A DNA stretch of 26,947 nucleotides from Pseudomonadota bacterium. GTDB taxonomy: Bacteria; Bdellovibrionota; FAC87; UBA2466. Both the position numbers and the translations under genes were made by a program. Below, piece by piece: positions 17,617-25,139 of this stretch; positions within the stretch are counted from its first letter, which is position 1, and each line of letters starts with the position of its first letter. The stretch lies in assembly GCA_043767805.1 (NCBI GenBank), contig JAYUGC010000130.1, forward strand, positions 1-26,947, read 5' to 3'. Below the pieces are notes generated by a model, which searched no databases, was not told the DNA's origin, and saw nothing but the letters and a program-made list of their open reading frames with translations.

Positions 17617-18622
17617 GTCTCGCCGGGCGAGGCGCATCCGCCAAGCGATCGGCTTCTTCCTGACGTTCCCGCTCGTAAAGCGCGAGCTTGTTGTAGAGCG
17701 TCTTAACGGTAATGCCCATGGCATTGGCCGCTTTCGTTTTGTTGCCACGGAAGTGGCTCAAGACGCGCAGGATGTGGCGCTTCTCGATCTGCGAGAGCAG
17801 AAACGTCGACGCCCCATCGAAATACTCGGCTTCGATTTCCGGATTACGGATGTTGAACGGAATGTCGTTGTCCCCGATGACTTCGGAGTCCACCAGGATC
17901 TTGAAACGCTCCACGGTGTTTTGGAGCTCGCGGACGTTCCCGGGCCAGTGGTACCGCTTCAAAAGTTCCATGGCCTTCGCGCTGACGGAGCGCACAAGGC
18001 TTGAGCCCGCGCCGCCGGTGCGGGAAGCGAGAAACTGATTGATGAGCAGCGGAATGTCGCCCGGCCGTTTTCTGAGCGGCGCGATCCGCATGGTGACCGT
18101 GTTGATACGGTAGTAGAGATCTTCGCGGAACTGGCCGCGCTTGACCGCTGATTCCAAATCTTTGTTCGTCGCGGAGATGACCCGAACGTTTACCTTGATG
18201 GGCGCTTTGCCGCCGACGCGGAAGATCTCGCCTTCTTGAAGAAAGCGCAGAAGCTTCGCCTGGGCTTCCATGCCCATCTCGCCGATCTCGTCCAAGAAGA
18301 GGGTGCCTTGGTCCGCCACTTCCACGAGTCCTTTTTTCTGCTGGACCGCGCCGGTGAAGGCGCCTTTCTCGTGACCGAAAAGCTCGCTGAGCAAAAGCGT
18401 GTCTTGAATGGCGCCGCAGTTGATCGAGACCAGAGTCTTGTTCCGGCGGTGGGAGAGGACGTGAATTCGTTTCGCGATCAGCTCCTTACCCGTGCCGCTC
18501 TCGCCTTGAATGAGGGCGGTCACTTCGGTAGGCGCGATTTTCGCGACCATCTGGAGAAGATTCAGCATCGCCGGATCCTGTGTGAGGAAATCCGACTCCA
18601 ACGTCAGCTTTTCAGCATCCAT
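17567..18622 (-). CDS. Sigma54-dependent enhancer-binding protein (AAA+ plus Fis-type HTH) without N-terminal regulatory domain
   Basis: GESGTGKE, SELFGHEKGAFTGA, LFLDEIGE, FREDLYYR, WPGNVREL and HTH GNKTKAANAMGITVKTLYNKL. Confidence 0.95.
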   Translation of the reverse strand: MDAEKLTLESDFLTQDPAMLNLLQMVAKIAPTEVTALIQGESGTGKELIAKRIHVLSHRRNKTLVSINCGAIQDTLLLSELFGHEKGAFTGAVQQKKGLVEVADQGTLFLDEIGEMGMEAQAKLLRFLQEGEIFRVGGKAPIKVNVRVISATNKDLESAVKRGQFREDLYYRINTVTMRIAPLRKRPGDIPLLINQFLASRTGGAGSSLVRSVSAKAMELLKRYHWPGNVRELQNTVERFKILVDSEVIGDNDIPFNIRNPEIEAEYFDGASTFLLSQIEKRHILRVLSHFRGNKTKAANAMGITVKTLYNKLALYERERQEEADRLADAPRPARPTPGISGAAPEIGSGH

Positions 18623-18804
18623 CTCTCAACCCCTTTGAACTAACTACGTGCGTGAGGATGGTTAATATAAAATTTACACAGTCGGATCAACTAGATTTTA
18701 CAGGCACGAATTAGGGGCCGGATCTCAGTGGTTTAGAGGGACAGGGGATTTGCCCACCCCTAGGAAAGGGGAGAAAAAGTAGGCCTCGCTTGCTGCAAAA
18801 AGGG

Positions 18805-18939
18805 CCGGTCACTGGACACGGGACACAGGTACGAGGAAGTCTATTAGATCTCCCCTTCCGGACTGGCCATTAACGGCGGGTCCGAGAGGGTAAGATCAAG
18901 AAGTCTTCCTCGTACCAGTGTCCCGTGTCCAGTGACCGG
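18805..18939. repeat. 135-bp palindromic element (MITE/REPIN-like or structured RNA)
   Basis: Arms 18805-18839 and 18905-18939 are reverse complements at 34/35 positions. The interior also pairs (GATCT/AGATC, CGGAC/GTCCG, GCC/GGC) around a 6-nt loop. Confidence 0.9.
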
Positions 18940-18967
18940 TCGATCGAACGCGCGAAGCGCGGGATTT

Positions 18968-20200
18968 CTAGTTTAGGACGCCAAGCGGATCGGTTTGGTG
19001 GCTCAAAATCCGGTAAGGATTCTCAGCCTGATCGATGAGGTAAAGCGTCGGCTCGAGGTTCGCCTTGAATACCTTCGGGATTGCTTTGGCGCCGGGATAA
19101 AATCCGCCCCATAGCATGGACGAAGGCGAGAGCTCGAAAGTGAACGCGAAAATTTTCAGCTCGTCGTACGCCCAGTCCGTCGTGTCTCCTGAGGCGAGAT
19201 AGAGATCGCTCGCTTGCATCGGCTTGTACTTGTTCCAGGTCGCCATCTTCTTGCCCATGGTCTCGTACACTTCCCTATCTTTCGCGTTCGCGACTTTTTG
19301 CTTCGTGTGCCCATAAGGCCACAAGATCAGTTCACTGAACGTGTGGAAGGTGAGCAGCATCGTCGTGCTTTTTCTCGCGCGGACGAAATCGCGAACCGCC
19401 GCCGTCTCGGGTTCCGAAAAAGCGCTGGGGCCCGCGAACGTGTCGGACGAGGTATCGCTGCTGGAGCCGGGGCCGCCGAAGCCGGCGTCATAATTACGAT
19501 TCAGATCGACACCCATGGTGCCGTCTCCGTTCACCCGGCGGTTTTTGCGCCAGTACTTATAGCCCTTGCCGGAGATGTCGTGCTCGGCGCCGTCCGGATT
19601 GACCATGGGAAGGATCCACACTTCGCGGGTGTCGAGCATCGCGGTAATGCGAGCCTCGTTGCCGTAGTGGGAGGCGAGATACTCCGCCGTCATTAGCGGA
19701 ACTTCGACGCTCAAGTGCTCACGGGCGTGGTGACAGCCAAGAAGCAGCGCCGTTGGCAGCGAGTCCGGAGTCGGGTGACTGGAAAGCCGGATGCCTTCGA
19801 GGTTTCTGCCCTCGACACTTTTGCCAATAGTGAAACGAGAAGCGATGGCCGGGTATTTCGTCGCGAGCTGATCCATCGCGTCGATGGTCTCTTGGTAGTC
19901 GTGAAAGGCGGACTCCTTACCTTCGAAACCCGCGCGGTTTGCCGGAAGGCTTTGCACTTCGACGGTGACGCCCGCTCTTTCGAGCGCGTCGAGATCCCGT
20001 TGGGTTCCGACGAAAGAAACCGAATCGGAGAACACGGCGTCAATGGCAATGCCCGCCTCGGCGACTTTCGTCCGCTCGGCCGCATCTTTTGCCATGGCCT
20101 TTACGAAGAAGAGCCCGCTCTCGTCCTGACGAGCTTCAGCGGGGTGAGTCAACAAGACGCAAGTGAGCAACAACGCGCTTAACAAAGAAGGGCGGGACAT
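18968..20200 (-). CDS. Secreted M14 zinc carboxypeptidase (carboxypeptidase T-like) with prodomain
   Basis: Signal peptide; motifs HHAREH (HxxE), PMVNPDG, WRKNR, GVDLNRNY, FSEPET, FHTFSE and FTFEL; GGAGG SD. Confidence 0.95.
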   Translation of the reverse strand: MSRPSLLSALLLTCVLLTHPAEARQDESGLFFVKAMAKDAAERTKVAEAGIAIDAVFSDSVSFVGTQRDLDALERAGVTVEVQSLPANRAGFEGKESAFHDYQETIDAMDQLATKYPAIASRFTIGKSVEGRNLEGIRLSSHPTPDSLPTALLLGCHHAREHLSVEVPLMTAEYLASHYGNEARITAMLDTREVWILPMVNPDGAEHDISGKGYKYWRKNRRVNGDGTMGVDLNRNYDAGFGGPGSSSDTSSDTFAGPSAFSEPETAAVRDFVRARKSTTMLLTFHTFSELILWPYGHTKQKVANAKDREVYETMGKKMATWNKYKPMQASDLYLASGDTTDWAYDELKIFAFTFELSPSSMLWGGFYPGAKAIPKVFKANLEPTLYLIDQAENPYRILSHQTDPLGVLN

Positions 20201-20315
20201 GGCTCTTCCTCCCAGTGGAATGCGAAACCATCAGATTTATAAGTAACTACCGCCGAGCTCGAGAGTACGACGCACTTGGATGAGATCACCGGAACGATAA
20301 CCGGGTTCAGCGCGG

Positions 20316-20324
20316 ATCATACCA
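20316..20324 (-). promoter_or_regulatory. Putative extended -10 promoter for the M14 peptidase gene
   Basis: Minus-strand TGGTATGAT about 115 nt upstream of the start codon. Confidence 0.3.
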
Positions 20325-20480
20325 CTGCGCGTTTTTGTTTCGTTAACAGAAGTACCTTAAGCGCCCATTTTACGACGGAGCGTCATGCCTGGAACGTCTT
20401 ACTATGAGGCACCGAGTTTTGGGTCCGAGGGCAAAGTGTGTTATTTTTGACAACAGTCCCCTCATCCCAATTTCCAATTG

Positions 20481-21554
20481 ATGAATCTTAAGATCAATCG
20501 CCAGCTCGACGAGGCTCGGGATCATTATTTCTCCCTGCGCTTAGTCGAGGCTTACAATATTTTACGGCGGTACTTCGATCGGATTCCTTTCCAGTTCGAT
20601 CGCGCCCACGCCGAGTACGTCGGCATGTTCGTGCGCATCCTGGCCGAGCTCGGAAAAACCCACGAGCTGAAGTTCTATGTGACCGAGCTCGAGCGTCACT
20701 ACGAGAAGTGCCAGGATCCGGCGCTCGGCTTTGCCTTGGCCGTCGTCTACCGCAGTCTTCCCGATCCGCGGGCGGAGTCGGCGAGAAAGCTTTTCGAAGA
20801 AGTGATCCAGCATCCGGACGCCGGCGTGTATCAGATCAAGTCGAAGATGATGCTCGCGCATTACTACGACTGGAAGAATGGGGACACCGCGGCCTGCCGC
20901 CAGCTCATCGATTCCATCAAGGAACCCGAGGATCCGACCGTACGGCTGCTCTGGCGCATCTGGCAGGCCAAGATCCTCAGGGACGAAAAGAAATTCGACG
21001 AAGCCGAGACCTTGCTCAAAGCGGTGCTGGACACCGTGACGCCGGAAGCGGATTGGTATGCGCATTTTTCCGCCAAGGTGGTGCTCGCGATCCTTTACCT
21101 GAAGCGCGATGACTTGGAGAACGCCGGTCGCATCGTCAATGAAGTGCGCCAGCTTTTTGCCGGCCGCAACTTCAAGTCGCTCCGGACTCAGATGGAAGAG
21201 CTCGAAAAGCAGCTCCGGGAGAAATCGACTCTGGGGGTGGTGCAGTTCACGCCCCGTGCCGACGGTAGCGTGTTCAGCTATCAGAATCGGGAACTGAAGC
21301 TGAAGCCCGAGTCCCCCGCGGAAAAGCTGATGACCTTGATGGTGCGCGGCCGGGTGCTCAATAAGGAAGGCATCGTTCGCCAGCTGTACGATCGGGATTA
21401 CAATGGTGTGGAAGACGATCGACTCATTTATTATCATATCCACGCGCTGAGAAAGCGTCTGCAAGCCATCGGAATTCCCGCTGAAGCCATCAGTACGGAT
21501 GAAGACGGGTACCGGTTCATTCCAAAAGTCGAAACAAGGGAAGTCACTTCATAG
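20481..21554 (+). CDS. TPR-like repeat protein with C-terminal OmpR/PhoB-type winged-helix domain (putative transcription regulator)
   Basis: Helical repeats followed by VLNKEGIVRQLY...DDRLIYYHIHALRKRL...DEDGYRF. The start could also be TTG 20478. Confidence 0.8.
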   Translation: MNLKINRQLDEARDHYFSLRLVEAYNILRRYFDRIPFQFDRAHAEYVGMFVRILAELGKTHELKFYVTELERHYEKCQDPALGFALAVVYRSLPDPRAESARKLFEEVIQHPDAGVYQIKSKMMLAHYYDWKNGDTAACRQLIDSIKEPEDPTVRLLWRIWQAKILRDEKKFDEAETLLKAVLDTVTPEADWYAHFSAKVVLAILYLKRDDLENAGRIVNEVRQLFAGRNFKSLRTQMEELEKQLREKSTLGVVQFTPRADGSVFSYQNRELKLKPESPAEKLMTLMVRGRVLNKEGIVRQLYDRDYNGVEDDRLIYYHIHALRKRLQAIGIPAEAISTDEDGYRFIPKVETREVTS

Positions 21555-21576
21555 AGAGTTAAGTCAGGGGGGTACC

Positions 21577-22635
21577 GTGCGGTTTCTGTTTTCTGCGGTC
21601 ATGATCTTGGGGCTTGGGCTTGGTACTGAGCGCGCGGGCGGAGCCACGAACCTAAGATGTGGCGGCGACGGTCCGCAGCCTTTCTTCGATCTTTCCGACG
21701 AGCCCACCGCTAGACCCATCGCTTTGGGCGGAGCGATTGAAGAGTTCCAGTATTGGGAGCGCCAGGACACGATCGTGTACCGCAACGATCGCCATCAGAT
21801 CCGCGCCCGTAAGATCAACTCGACGACGGATCAATATCTGGGCACGTCCCAGGTCCCGCTTTCCCCTCTCGTCGATCCCGACGAGCAGAATCTCTTGCTG
21901 GACGGCATCTCCTCGGTCTTCAACAATAACTTCTGGTACAGCTTTTACCTTCCGGTCGGGCGCCCCAAGCATCTCTTCTGGGACCTCAATTACCTTTATA
22001 TGCTCAACGCGATTCCGGCCACGGGCCCTTATTCGCAGGAGCTTCAGATCCACCGCTACCGGCTCGGCTTGAAACATACCCGGCACCTATGCCACTACTA
22101 CGTGCCGGTCGGAGAAGAGTACGCGCTCGCGGAAGGAGCGTCCTTTCCGATTGTGCCTTTCTACCGGGTGAGAAAAGGCCTCGCGGGCAAAGAGCTTTCT
22201 ATCCTGGAGATGGACGCGCGCACTTGTAACGTCACCGAGTACGGCACGTACAAAGAGTCCTTTGATTCCAAGATTCTCTCCGTGCACCGCTTCGCCGACT
22301 TACGCTCCTACGCCGTGCACATGGATCACCCCACGAAGAATCTGTTCTGGGACTACGGCACCGGCTGTCAGTACTACAATGTGGGAACCAGCCCACTCTT
22401 GGTGCCGAGCCATTCGCGGCCCATCGTCGGCACTTGGGGCGCAACCGGGCTCGAGCTGATGAACCTCACTTCGCGCAACCGGGGTAACTACTTCCCTCCG
22501 GCTAAGGGGACTACCCTTCGTCCGCGCGATGTTGTGATGGGAGCCCGTAACGACCGCCTTCTCATCGCTCCCGATACCAACAAGACGAACGGCAAGCAGC
22601 TCTATGAGCTCGACGTGAAAGACGTCACTCGCTAA
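21577..22635 (+). CDS. Hypothetical secreted beta-rich protein
   Basis: GTG 21577 follows AGGGGGG. The N-terminus VRFLFSAVMILGLGLG is signal-like; the body is aromatic and beta-rich. No family recognised. Confidence 0.72.
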   Translation: MRFLFSAVMILGLGLGTERAGGATNLRCGGDGPQPFFDLSDEPTARPIALGGAIEEFQYWERQDTIVYRNDRHQIRARKINSTTDQYLGTSQVPLSPLVDPDEQNLLLDGISSVFNNNFWYSFYLPVGRPKHLFWDLNYLYMLNAIPATGPYSQELQIHRYRLGLKHTRHLCHYYVPVGEEYALAEGASFPIVPFYRVRKGLAGKELSILEMDARTCNVTEYGTYKESFDSKILSVHRFADLRSYAVHMDHPTKNLFWDYGTGCQYYNVGTSPLLVPSHSRPIVGTWGATGLELMNLTSRNRGNYFPPAKGTTLRPRDVVMGARNDRLLIAPDTNKTNGKQLYELDVKDVTR

Positions 22636-22774
22636 CCGAACCCTCAAACCGGGACATTCATCTTAAAGAAGCGGCCCTGAAGCTTTAGGGGGAGCCGCAC
22701 TTCGCGTAAGGAGGCAAATCGATTTTCTGGATCTCGGGCCTGGAGGACGGCGGCGACAAAGGCGTCGGTCGACA

Positions 22775-23287
22775 CTACTTGCCTTTGACGAGCTTCGCTT
22801 CGAGCTCGGCCGTGAGTTTCTCGGCGGTCGCTTTGGACTCGGCGCTTTCCTTGCCGCCATCGCTTTTCGGATCGTACTCGGGGCGAGGCGGCTCGATCAC
22901 CAAGCGTCCGTCCTCGATGGTCGCGAGCACTTTAGCTTCGTAGAGCACTTTGCCGTCCGCGCGGATGGAAAGCGTTTTGCCGACGTTAGCGGCGGAAACA
23001 CGTTTCAACTCTTTTCCAGCGGAAGGTTTCAAGGTCACCGAGACGGCGTAGAAGGGAATCGTCATTCGTTCCGTCTGATAGAGCTTCTTACCGCCGGGAA
23101 CCTCTTTGCCATCCAAGACGGTGCCGATGACGTTCTTTTCCATCACCTCGGCGACCTTTACTTCGGTCACGTCTCCTGCCTGCAAGACCATCTCGACTTT
23201 ATCGGAAGGGCTTTTCGGCGCGGGCTTCTTAGTAGCCGCGAAAGAAGTCAGAGACACCAAGATCAAAAAACTAAATACGATACGCAT
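22775..23287 (-). CDS. Secreted protein with SecDF P1 head-like subdomain
   Basis: ATG 23287 gives the signal peptide MRIVFSFLILVSLTSFA. AVSVTLKPSAGKELKRVSAANVGKTLSIRADGKVLYEAKVLATIEDGRLVI follows the SecD P1-head pattern. Confidence 0.65.
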   Translation of the reverse strand: MRIVFSFLILVSLTSFAATKKPAPKSPSDKVEMVLQAGDVTEVKVAEVMEKNVIGTVLDGKEVPGGKKLYQTERMTIPFYAVSVTLKPSAGKELKRVSAANVGKTLSIRADGKVLYEAKVLATIEDGRLVIEPPRPEYDPKSDGGKESAESKATAEKLTAELEAKLVKGK

Positions 23288-23365
23288 AAGCAATTTATAA
23301 CCCACCAAAAGGTGTCTGGATACTTTTAGCCAAGCCTGGCACGGACTCTGCATTAAGTTTTGTGC

Positions 23366-23774
23366 ATGGACACTAAAAAGATCCTCAAAGAGTTTAAGAA
23401 CAAAGTTCCCAAGGAAAAGGTGTTCTTTGGTCTGGGGCTCCTTTTCCTGGCTCTCGCCGTGGTGGGAATTTTCATTCCGGTCGTTCCCCAAGTCCGTTCG
23501 TCATCGTGGCCGCCTTCTTTTTCTCAAGGGCCAGCCGAAGGCTTGGATCCGAAAGAACAAGTTTTTTGGCGAGCCCGTCCGTGACTGGGAAGACCATCGG
23601 GTTCTGCGTCCGAAGTTGAAGATTATTTCAACGGTGGCCATGGTGGGCGGCGCGGCCATTGGGCATTGGAAGTTCTTGCCGGTCCCCGCCCTTATTCTGG
23701 ACGCGATTTTTCTCGGGTGTATCGTATTCGTGCTGACCAGGGACTCGAAACCACCGCGCGTCGCGCACGCCTAA
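23366..23774 (+). pseudogene. YbaN/DUF454 family membrane protein, split over three frames
   Basis: Frame A: GLGLLFLALAVVGIFIPVVPQV. Frame B: FVIVAAFFFSRAS. Frame C: AWIRKNKFFGEPVRDWEDHR...KLK. Joined, they give the YbaN pattern. Confidence 0.8.
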
Positions 23775-24205
23775 GCGGCGAGCCGGGTGATCTCGGTGCG
23801 CGAGAGCTTACGAGCGCGGCTCCACCAGAAACCGAAGAGGCCGATGAAGGTCAGGAGCACGGTGCTGATGATGCCGATGAGCAGCCAGATGCCGGTACTG
23901 GCGCTTTTTACCATGAGCGAGTTCGGATCGCCGAAGCACACCGCGCAGGCGAACGCGGGCGTCGAAGTCAGGGAGCCCGCGGCGAGCACGGCCGCAATCG
24001 CCAGGTACGAAAAAGCGCGGTAGCGCTTAATGAACCAAGGTAGATAAACGATGAGGGCGGTCATCGTCACGAAAGAGCCAATCCCCAAAGCGAGCAGCCA
24101 GCTTTCGCCGAGCGCGTTGTATTGCGCGTAGCTCCAGCCGCCGAGTCCCGCCGCCAATAAAATGGAAGCGACGATGAAAAAGAGATGAAACGCTTTGAGA
24201 GACAT
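23771..24205 (-). CDS. Hypothetical membrane protein with CxxC motif, in the oxidase operon
   Basis: About 4 hydrophobic segments; CAVCFGD motif; GGAGG SD; lies 11 nt after subunit IV. Confidence 0.8.
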   Translation of the reverse strand: MSLKAFHLFFIVASILLAAGLGGWSYAQYNALGESWLLALGIGSFVTMTALIVYLPWFIKRYRAFSYLAIAAVLAAGSLTSTPAFACAVCFGDPNSLMVKSASTGIWLLIGIISTVLLTFIGLFGFWWSRARKLSRTEITRLAA

Positions 24206-24216
24206 ACTTCCTCCCG

Positions 24217-24501
24217 CTAACCGTGAATGAAGATCGGAATCATCATTACGCCGAGAAACATGAAAATCGTCAGCGCGATGATCGCGTAAATGATCTTCTT
24301 CTCGTTGTTCAAATGCATGAAATAGAGACCGACGAGACTGGCTTTAGTGGACGCCACTACCATGGCGAGCAAAATCGCCCAAAGCGGGTGCAAGTGGTAG
24401 TAAGCGATGGCCACGGTGATGATCGTCCCGAGGCCGAGTAAGCCGTAAATCGTCCAGTAGGTCTTAAGGTGATGCCGGACATCTTCCGCTGAATCGCCCA
24501 T
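24217..24501 (-). CDS. ctaF: Cytochrome c oxidase subunit IV
   Basis: Three TM segments; motif KASLVGLYFMHL; lies after subunit III. Confidence 0.88.
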   Translation of the reverse strand: MGDSAEDVRHHLKTYWTIYGLLGLGTIITVAIAYYHLHPLWAILLAMVVASTKASLVGLYFMHLNNEKKIIYAIIALTIFMFLGVMMIPIFIHG

Positions 24502-24510
24502 GGTGTCTCC

Positions 24511-25131
24511 TTAGAGTAAGTATAAAGTGGGAAACAGGAAAATCCACACAAGGTCGACGAAGTGCCAGTACAGGCCCGCGCACTCGACTCGGCCGGTGAA
24601 TTGAACCGGGTTCGTATGCCAGAGCTTCGTACCGGGCCCGAGCAAATAGGCGTTCACGACGATGCCGCCCAAGATGTGAAGCCCGTGTAGCCCTGTCATC
24701 GTGAAGTAGATCGCGTAGAAGGTGTTCGTCGCTGGCGAGAGGCCGAGATGGAACTTATGCTCGTACTCGAAGTACTTGATGATGAGGAAGCCGAAGGACA
24801 AGAGAATGGTCAGAGCCATCCAAACCTTGTACTTCGAAAGCTGATTCATCTTTAGCGCGGCCCAAGCCATTACGATGGTCACCGAAGAGGAGATCAGGAT
24901 AATGGTGTTCAGAGTCGCCAAAGGTACGTTCAGCACTTCCATGCCGACGGGCCAGGTGCCCGGCGCCGCGCCCGTGCGCAGAATGATGAGCGTCGAAAAG
25001 AGCGCTCCGAAGAGCATGACTTCCGAGGCCAGAAAGAGCCAGATACCCAGCTTGGCGTTCGTTACGCCCGTCACCGGATGCGGCTTGTAGATGTACGGAA
25101 TTAATTCGTGTTCTGCTGCGTCGTGATTCAT
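24511..25131 (-). CDS. ctaE: Cytochrome c oxidase subunit III (short form)
   Basis: GIWLFLASEVMLFGALF, NTIILISSS, TGLHGLH and YWHFVDLVWIFLFP. Start ATG 25131, with TTG 25143 as an alternative. Confidence 0.95.
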   Translation of the reverse strand: MNHDAAEHELIPYIYKPHPVTGVTNAKLGIWLFLASEVMLFGALFSTLIILRTGAAPGTWPVGMEVLNVPLATLNTIILISSSVTIVMAWAALKMNQLSKYKVWMALTILLSFGFLIIKYFEYEHKFHLGLSPATNTFYAIYFTMTGLHGLHILGGIVVNAYLLGPGTKLWHTNPVQFTGRVECAGLYWHFVDLVWIFLFPTLYLL

Positions 25132-25139
25132 AGCGGCTC

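Noticed and set aside
18805..18939. CRISPR array or retron ncRNA reading of the palindrome
   Set aside because: Only one inverted pair with no direct repeat-spacer series, and no cas or reverse transcriptase gene in the window.
20310..20340. Plus-strand terminator-like hairpin GCGCGG...CTGCGC followed by a T-run
   Set aside because: Weak 6-bp stem with a 9-nt loop and no upstream plus-strand gene. The loop is better explained as a minus-strand extended -10.
22667..22703. Hairpin between convergent genes
   Set aside because: Imperfect stem with no clear U-tract; cannot be supported as a terminator.
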